Assembly: GCA_015231405.1 (NCBI GenBank)
Contig: JADGBR010000003.1
Coordinates: 29,549 to 93,548, forward strand
From: Candidatus Omnitrophota bacterium
GTDB lineage: Bacteria > Omnitrophota > Gorgyraeia > Tantalellales > Tantalellaceae
Direction: 5' to 3'
Length of the DNA: 64,000 bases
Below, one piece after another: positions 1 through 9,000 of the stretch. Both the position numbers and the translations under genes were made by a program. Every line of letters starts with the position of its first letter. Position 1 is the first letter of the stretch. The notes below the pieces were generated by a model. The model made no database searches. It was not told the origin of the DNA and worked only from the letters and a program-made list of their open reading frames with translations.

Positions 1-2
1 AG

Positions 3-3000
3 GTGTACGACGATATTCATACGAGGGGGGTCAGGGACCTAAGGGACATCATCGTCGATAATATGCCGCCGGCAGAAGCGGAGGCGTATTTCCTGGACAG
101 TATAGAAAACGTTGCCAGGCAAAGCTTTTCGGACGGGGTGAGGGAAGTGGAGCTGAGATTTAACCCGTTCAAGGAAATGCTTTATACCGATCCCCTGACG
201 GGCGCAAAAGCCGATATCGGGAGCTATGGGATCATCCTTGACGATCTTCTCCGTAAACTTGACGATCGACTCTCGAAGCTTGAGGCTGAAGCCGATAAGG
301 TATTCGGGAAAGACAAAGGCCCGCACAGGGTTGTCTTTATGTTCTCGATAGGAAGGGACAGGCTCGAGGGTGACAGGTTTGTGAAAGGAGAATGGGAGAG
401 AAAATTCGCGATATTATCAGACCTGAAGGAGAAGTACGGGTTCGCGGCTTTTTACGGTGAAAGGTTGTCCGGTGTGGATATAGCCGGTATCGAGCCTTTC
501 GGTAAGGAACAAGGAGATACCCGGGAGACGATATCCGAAAGGGTCAGGGAAAGATTCCATCTTGATCAAATGGCGGTGATACTGAAGCGTCTTAAGGATG
601 CAGGGTACGCGATAACCACGCACCTTGGCTGCAGGTACGGCTCGAGCCCGAGGGACGACGTCATGGGGCACGCCGCCTTTGTCAAGGCCCACCTTGACGC
701 GTGGGGAGATGTCCTTGACAGGGTGGGGCACGGGAAAATATTTACGACCGGCAAGGTCTATTCCGAGAGCGTGGACGGCGCGGATTCGAAGTGGGCCGCG
801 TATGACGAGGCGACGGCCAAAGCGCTCGTTAAAGAGCTTAGGATGAAGGGTATTGCCATTGAGACATGTCCGCAGAAACTTGAGTCGCGGAGCGTTTACC
901 GCATGATGAGAGATCTCCCGAACGTTTCATGGATCGAAAAAGGCGTTAAGGTCGTATACGGGACGGACGGCTCTTACCTGAGCGGCGGGTGCACTCTGTC
1001 GCAGTGGATAACAAGGCTCATGCTGTCGTTCCCCGCCTCCGGAAGAAAATATTTCGGCACCGGCGACATGATGGAAACCGTATCAAGCGTGAAAAAATCC
1101 GCGGATATTGAGGAGAATATAAACAAGTACTCCGCCGCGGCGTGGGAACATTTTTACAAGGCGGACAGGGAAGGAACTGGCACGGCACTTCTGGTGACTC
1201 CCAACGAATTTCTCAGGAAGACGATCGCTCTGTCGGGGGGTCTGCTGGAGATCAAAGACCCGTATTACATGAGGATGGTCTGCCGCCGAGTGGAAGAGAT
1301 CAGGGAAAAGAATTCGGCGGGGCTGCTTAATGAGCTCTCTGTATCTACGGGCCAGATGAGGGAACAGGTTTCAGAGAGGGCCAGGGGGTATCTGGAGAAA
1401 GGAGAACGAAAGTTCACCGCCGAACAGATCCTAAAGGATTACGAAAGGGTGATAAACAACCTTTTCATACTCCAGTCGGCCTTAATGTATCCCAAAGCCA
1501 TGCTGTGGATATTCCAGTCGTTGTACAGGGAGATGGAGGAGTTCAGACTGAAAAGCGAGTCGGAGAAAAAAGAGACGCCGTTCCTTATCCTCATATCCGC
1601 GACTGATCGTATCGAGTCGCTACGGAACTTTTTCCAAAGCCTTGTTGAGGAGGTAGATACTTTCAATTACGGCCTTACGCTCGAGCTTGGCGGGGACGGC
1701 TCTATCGTCAAGCGGACGGATAAGGTAACGGTCGCTATCATAGAGAACAGCTCTGACCCTCTAGTAGCGGTCCAGAACAGGGAACTTATAGCCGAATACC
1801 GGAATAAAGGGTTAAGGATCGTATATTACGGAGCCGATGAGAAGGTGAAAATAGTTGAAATGATACGAAAAAGGGAAGGGGAGAAAAGCCTTTATTACAG
1901 GTTCGGCATAACGCCGGAAGATCTCGGCCGGGACAAGGTGAAGGCCGTCACCGCCGGGATCAAGAACGCGGGATACAACGCCACGAGGAACTTTTCATTC
2001 GAGGTCGCCCGGGAATGTTTCTCGACCATGCCCGACGATTCCGTGTCGGTGCTCATCGACGATGACGAGATGCTTAATTCGCTCCTCGTGAGCGATGAAG
2101 AAGGAGTGAAGATCGAAAGGCCGTTCAGTTTTTTCCATAACGCCGACAGGTATTACAAGGACCCGGTCCTTGAAGTCCTTTCCGGGAATATCAGCGGTGA
2201 CCCGGCCATAGGCGTCGCCGAGATGCTTCACGGCAACCTGCGTGATCTGAAGGAGTTCCTTGAAAGGACCGCGCTAATGGCCCCGGGAGACGATTATACC
2301 AGAAAAATGTTCGAAGGCGCTTCCCAGGAGCTTTCGGAGAACGTGATGATCGAAAATTTTAACGATTACGGGCAACGGGCCACGTGGAGCGGAAAATCTC
2401 CGATGAGGAGAGGATGGGCTTTTCCCAGGGTGCCGCGGGAAGGCGAAGAACGGACCGTTGGGGCGCAGTTCAGGGCTTTCGCGGATGCGGCCGACCAGAT
2501 GTTCTTCGGGCACCAGGAGACGAGGCCCATAGGGTATTCGCCCGACAGCTACATGACAGACAGCGACAACGCGGTCGTACCTAAAATGGTTTGGTCATTT
2601 TTCGGAACGGGCGGGAACCTGATGCTCAGCAAGAAGCTTATCAATTACGCCGATATGACATGCATGCCAACCGGGAAATGGCGCAGGGAAGACGTCATGC
2701 TCGAGAAGCTTATCGAGGTGTTCTACACACCCGTTAACATGACTTTTCTCCCCGTCAGGCATTCAAGGCTTAAAACAGGGCACAGGATGGGGATAACCCG
2801 GAGAGATACCGGCGAACTGAGCTTCGTCCGGTTCCTGGGGAGCGCATATCACGGTTATATTTTCCAGCGGTTCGTCGAGAGGATATTCGATCTGGAGTAT
2901 ATTGGGTCAATGGAGGATTTTATAAGAGTGGCGACGAAGGCCTCGCTCGGGGAATACCCGGGATTTATGGAATGGTATCTCTCCGTCAAAAAGAGGAGAT

Positions 3001-6000
3001 ACGAGAACCTTAAACAATATCTGTCCGACCTTAAAGACATGGCTTTGGAAATGAGGGCGAAAGGGTTCTTCACGGAAAAAAAATACTGGTGGAACAACGA
3101 CCCTTCATACGCCCAGTCCGTGAGGGAGATGGAGATCATCGTGGACTCGATCATAGCCGATATGGACCCGGCCGGAAAAGACTACAGCGAGATGTTCGCT
3201 GAGCTACACAAAAAAACTGAGGACACTACCCTTGCCGACGAACGGAAGGTCGTTGACGAGATGAGAGAGTCGTACCCGCATATGCGCAATTACATGAGGG
3301 AACATCCGTATTCATATACCGACCTTAAAAGGACGGAAGAGATACTTTACAGGAGGTCGGCCAAGGCCGGCGTGAGGACGGTACAGGTCACGATCATGAA
3401 CGAGGCCGGCAGGATGGAACGGATAAGGTTACCGCTACATCTTCGCGGCGCGAGCCGTCTCATAAGCGTTTATATCGCGTCTTCCGTATATAACTTCCTC
3501 GTCCGAAACGGCGCCGGTGAAAAGATCTATATAGCCTGTGATGACGAGCAGGAAGCCAGAGGCGTGGTCAAAAGGGTCAAGAAAACGCTGGAGATATCAG
3601 GCCTCGATTTTACCGTAAGGGGCAACTATAACGTTAAGCTTGTTCCTGCCAGGCGCCGTGATCTAGCTGGGATAAGAGAGGAAGAGAGAACCAGGGAACG
3701 GGAACGCGGCCGTATTTTAAAGAACAGGAAACTCAAGGCCCCGGAAAAAGGCGTGTTCATGTGCCTGGACCTCGGGAAATCCTCGGCAAAGATACTGGTG
3801 CATGACGGGAACGCCGTGGTATATAGCGGAAAGAAGGAAGGGTCATTTTATTATAAACGTACTCCCGGTGACATAAAAAGAGAGATCGGCGTTATTGTAG
3901 ACGAAACTCTTACCGCCCTGGGATATGGTAGAGACAGTTTGAGGGGAGTAACTGTCCTTGTTCCCGATATCGTAGACAAGGCCGGGAATAAAGCCCTGTA
4001 CCTGAAAGGGGAAGACCTTCCGTTCCCGGCCATTGTCAGGCACGATTCCGAGGGGCACGCCGCTTATTTCAGGAATAAAGGCCTGGATAACTTTTATCTC
4101 CTCGCTTTGGGCACACACCCCGGCACGCAGGCCGTAATATTCGGTAAAACAGCGGATGAGCCGATGGAGATGTCGAGGTCGGTGGTATGTATAGACGGAA
4201 GGGAAAAGCCTGTCGAGCTCCGGGAGCTCTTGTCGACCCAGGCGGTGCTTGAGGAGGGCTTGTTCAAGGGCATTATCGACCATGCCGATAACGAGAGAAA
4301 GGACGAAGCGTTCGCCATCATGGCCCAAAAGGCGGAGGAAGGCGACGAGAGGGCATTATCTCTCCTTAACTATCTGGGTGAATACACGGCTATTCATCTA
4401 GTGAACATGGTGAGGCATATACGCTTCGATAAGGTTGTGTTTTCCGGAGGGATGTGCCGCGGGAAATTCGGTGAAATGCTGGCCGAGAATACCATGAGGT
4501 CGCTTAAAACGAGAGGTTTCGGATGGATAAAGCCGGTCCTCATGGGGGATGAGGATATGCAGCTGGCAGGGGCTCTTGGCGGGATATCTCTGGCCGAAGA
4601 ATACTGGATCGGGCCGGACGAGGACGCGAGGCGGCTCAAGGTATATCACAAGATGATCCTGTCGCTTAAGGACGACGGGGACGCGAGCAAATGGAAAGAT
4701 GTTTTTGACAGGTTCAAGGAAGAAAGCGGCGCAAAGCCCGGTGATTTCGAAAAGGTCAGGATGTGTTTTGAGCGGGATGGGGGTAAATATAACGAATTTA
4801 TTTTCCATCTGCCTTTGAAGATGGCCGGCGCCGAGAGGGAGATAGCCGCGAGATATCTATCCAGCTGGATCAATAAGTTCATCGTGTCCAGGGCCGCTAA
4901 GAAGGTAGTAATAGATACAGCGATAGAGGGCATGTTCAAAGAGATAGAAACGTCTTTCGATGCGGAGTATAACGACCCTAATTCGCAGGTGAGCCTTGCC
5001 AGGACGGTCGGCGAATACTGGGATTCAGGGTCGTTCAGGCTGGAACAATACGCCCAAGGGACAGACCTCGATATAGAGCCTTACATAATGGAAAAAGAGA
5101 CGGCCCTGAAACGCGATACGGCGATCAACAGGTCCGTTAAGGCCATCGGCATTAATGTAGGTAAATACAGGATAAAGATAAGCGTAGTCGAGATCATGGG
5201 GCAGGGGAGATATAAGCATATAGGTAAGATAAAGGACTTCAATACCTGGGAAAAAACGGATGACCGCTCCAGTTTCGATACGCTGTACACAAAGCTGATA
5301 AAAGGGGTAAGGGAAGTCCTGGCAGAGAACGGGCTTTCGGAAAGCGACGTTGACGGCATTGGGATAGCGGCCGCGACAGCCGTAAAGAACGGCCAGCCGC
5401 TTGGGCGTCCCATGGGATTCGCAAGGGGTTTTAACCGTGAGGCGGAGCTCGCCAAGCTCAAGGGCCTTAGAGCGAAGATGTCGGAAGATCTTAGCGGCCT
5501 ACCCGTATTCGTCCGGCACGACGGCGATGTCGAATGCCTAGGCATGGCCCGGTCAAAGGGGATAAGGAATCTTCTAGTGATGAAGTGCGGCAACACTCCG
5601 GGCGTAGGTTTCGTCGAGAATGACGGTAACCTGGCTGAGGGACTGAACGAGTTCGGAAAAGTGGTTACCGATATGGGGCGTGACGCCCTCGCCCACGATA
5701 AGACGGGTGTTAAAGGTGAGGTTGCCAGCTATACCGCGTGGGATGGTACATGCAAGGTGGCGAAAAAGATGGGTCTTTACGAAAAATATAATTTCGGGCC
5801 GGAAGATCCGGTGCCAGGGATTTTACAAGGATGGCTGAACTTGAGGACAGATTCGACTTTTAGCGAGCGTGAGGACGCGCGGAAAGTGTTCCTTCAAAGC
5901 GGAAGGGAAACCGGCAAGTTCGTTGTCGAGATGCTCGACCTGTATCCGATAGAGCATATAGGCGTGTCGGGTGGAGTATATTTCGGCGAGTCCGGAAAAG

Positions 6001-9000
6001 CCATGAAAGCCGGCATAGAGGAAATATTCAAGGAGAGCGGTCTCCTTGGAAAGATAAATATCATCATAGACAATTACGATATGGAAAAAATGAAATATAA
6101 CGTGACGCTCGGCGGCGCTTATCTCGTATATGACGCCGTAACGCTCGGCGACGGGGAGATCAAAGCGAAGGATTTGGACCACGCTTCGAGGCTTTTCGGG
6201 ATATCGCCGCGCATACTGAAGCTCAAGGCCCGGATAGCAGAATGGAAATGGGGTGGGAGGACCCGGACGGACGGAAGGCCGTCGGCGATAAGGGAACTTC
6301 TCGGCGAGAGCGCGTCGGACGAGCCCGCTGCCGAAGCCTGGTACGGGGCGCATCCCAAACTTCCAAGCCCGGTCGAGATATTCGGTTTAGATACGACTCT
6401 GGATAAGGTCATGGAACGCGTGTACGAGGTGGTGCTGGGCCCGGAAGTCGTCAAGAGGTTCGGCAAGGTTATGCCCATAATGTTCAAGTTCCTGGACGCG
6501 GCCGAATCCCTATCGATACAGTGCCATCCCGGGAAAGAACAAGCCAGGAGGCTCGCGAGGGAGCGCCCGGGAGTGTACGACGAATTCAATAAGCCTGAGG
6601 CTTTTGTCGCCTGTACTGATGAAGGTTTCAGCTCGCTCGGAGGGGTCCTCCCCATCGACGATTTTATAAAGGTCCTCAAATCTCATTTTCCTGATATCGA
6701 GACAGACTATGCCGCCGAAAAAGATAAAGCGGGATACGACCCCGCTCTATTCGTGAAGAAATACGTAAAGCTCGTGCTGGATAAAGGGAACGGGTTCGCG
6801 GACATAGTGATGCCCGAGCTTCTTAATCAGTATAACGCCAAGAACGGGGAGGTGCTGTACTCGCATGACGGCCATGTTAACGCGCTACTCTCCGGTTTTA
6901 TAGCGGAGATAGAGACGAATTCGGATAACACTTTACGCGCCGCCAAGACAGTGAAGGAAAGGGATATACCAAATTTCCTCGAGGCGGCGGACCTGACCCC
7001 GGCGAGGGAAGAGCTCAGAAAATTCAGGGAGACTGACGATCCGGCGGTAAAGAGCTGCATAACGACCGAAGCTTTCGCGCTGGACCTCGTGAGCCCGGGA
7101 GAGAACGGGGAAGTCGTCGTAAAGACGAGGGATAGTTTTCATCTTCTGGTGGTTTTTAAAGGCTCTGTGATCATAAGGGGTCCGGACGGGCGGGATATTA
7201 AACTCGAGCGCGGCGAAGCATGCCTTATTCCGGCATTCTTCGAGGAATTCAGGATATTATCCGAAGGGGGAGCGGAAGTTTTCGATTCGTTCGTCCCTGT
7301 AATGGCGAGGAAGGGTATAAACAGGCTCAGCGTTTCGCGAATGCCGGAAGAGGCACATGCGGGATCTCCGGAAGGACAGAGCAATGAGAAGTCCGAGATC
7401 ATGGAGATCGGGAACTGTTTTGAGATAGGGAAGACAGGCAATATGAGGTACGACAAGGCCATGAGCGAAGCCTGCTATGAAATGCGGGAAAGAAGATATA
7501 TTTCAGGCGAACAGTGGAAAAAGGCGGTTGGCTCGGGAGGTGTATCAATCGAAATAGTTCCAGGCCTGGACAACAGGCTTTCAGATATCGTCGAAAAGGA
7601 AGGGAAAAAGGTCATCCTCATTAACAAGGATGTTATGGATTCGGACAGGATCTCGGACGAGGACCTCCGGGTAATTCTCATGTTCGTACTCTCGAGCGCG
7701 ATAGACAGGATAACATTCGGGCTTTTCGCGGAAGATATAAGGCTGCTTGTCCCGTCCGGTGAATCGGAGGTGATGATACTTCTCAGGGATATGGAAAGGC
7801 TCTGGTATAACGGGCGCGGAGGAGAGAATGACAGGAATATATTCCTGAATATTGTCAGGCGCCTGGACACAAACTACTCTTTCCTTTATTACAACACAAG
7901 TTACGCTCTGCTTGCCGAGGGGTTCGAGGCCTATAAGGTCAATCCCCAGGGCCGGCCCGGTTGGTTAAAACTGATCAAAAAATATATCGAGGACAACGCA
8001 GGCGATGGAAAGACTTACAAATATGACGTTTATGACAGGGAAGTGGCCAGTTTCAAAGCTTCGGATTTCTTCGCCCTCAGACGGTGGTTCCGGGGGTATT
8101 ATTTTTACTGGGCGAACGCGGTGGACGAGCGCGATCCGGGAACCGGGATCAATTTTATTTTTGACAGGGCCCAAGATCCGGAGTTCCCGCTCACTCCTCA
8201 TTCGGCCATCATACAGGCCTTGAAACAGCCGGTCGAGAGCCGCGAAACCGCCAGAGCGATGGGAGATAAGGACGACGGCAAAAAAAGAACTTTTCTCGAG
8301 GATACGCTCCTTGCCCTTCACGATTGGGACGATATTGACATGGAGAGGATAGACCGTGTGTATATAAGGTATCTCAAATCCGGGACTTTCAAGGAGGTTT
8401 ATTACGTGCAGGTCATTTTGAAGGATGACTTCGCTAAACCGCTCGAGTTCGCGCTTCTTGTCCCCAGGGAGACCGTCCTCAGGGCAGGATACGATATCTG
8501 TATTTCCCCGTGGGAAATAGACAAGTTAGAAGAGCTTAATAAACATGACAGCGCGCTCGTCCCGAAGCCCGGGTCCCGTGTCACGACGCTCAGTTTTCAT
8601 GACGAGGGGAAAAAACCTTTCTGGCAGAGGCGGGATATGTACAGCATGCAGTATGCCGGGAGGGACACGGTCGGCCTCCTGGACCTTTACGACCTCGAGG
8701 ACGATTCTAAAATACAGGTCCTACGGGACGTCGTCTCGAAATACATCATCCTTTGGCACAGGAACGGCGGTTACGAGTTCATATGCGACCCCACGAACGA
8801 GAATGTCTGTTTCCTCGACTGGGACGGCCGGATAGTGGATATGGGAGCTCCGACCTACGATTACGATATCGTATTCATAATGAGATATCTCTGGGAAAGG
8901 ATATGTTTCGATTCTGACGGGAGATCGTTATTCAGCTATGGGAAAGACAGAGACGAAGGTAAAGAGCGTATACCTGACAGGAGTTTTATCTTTGACGGCG

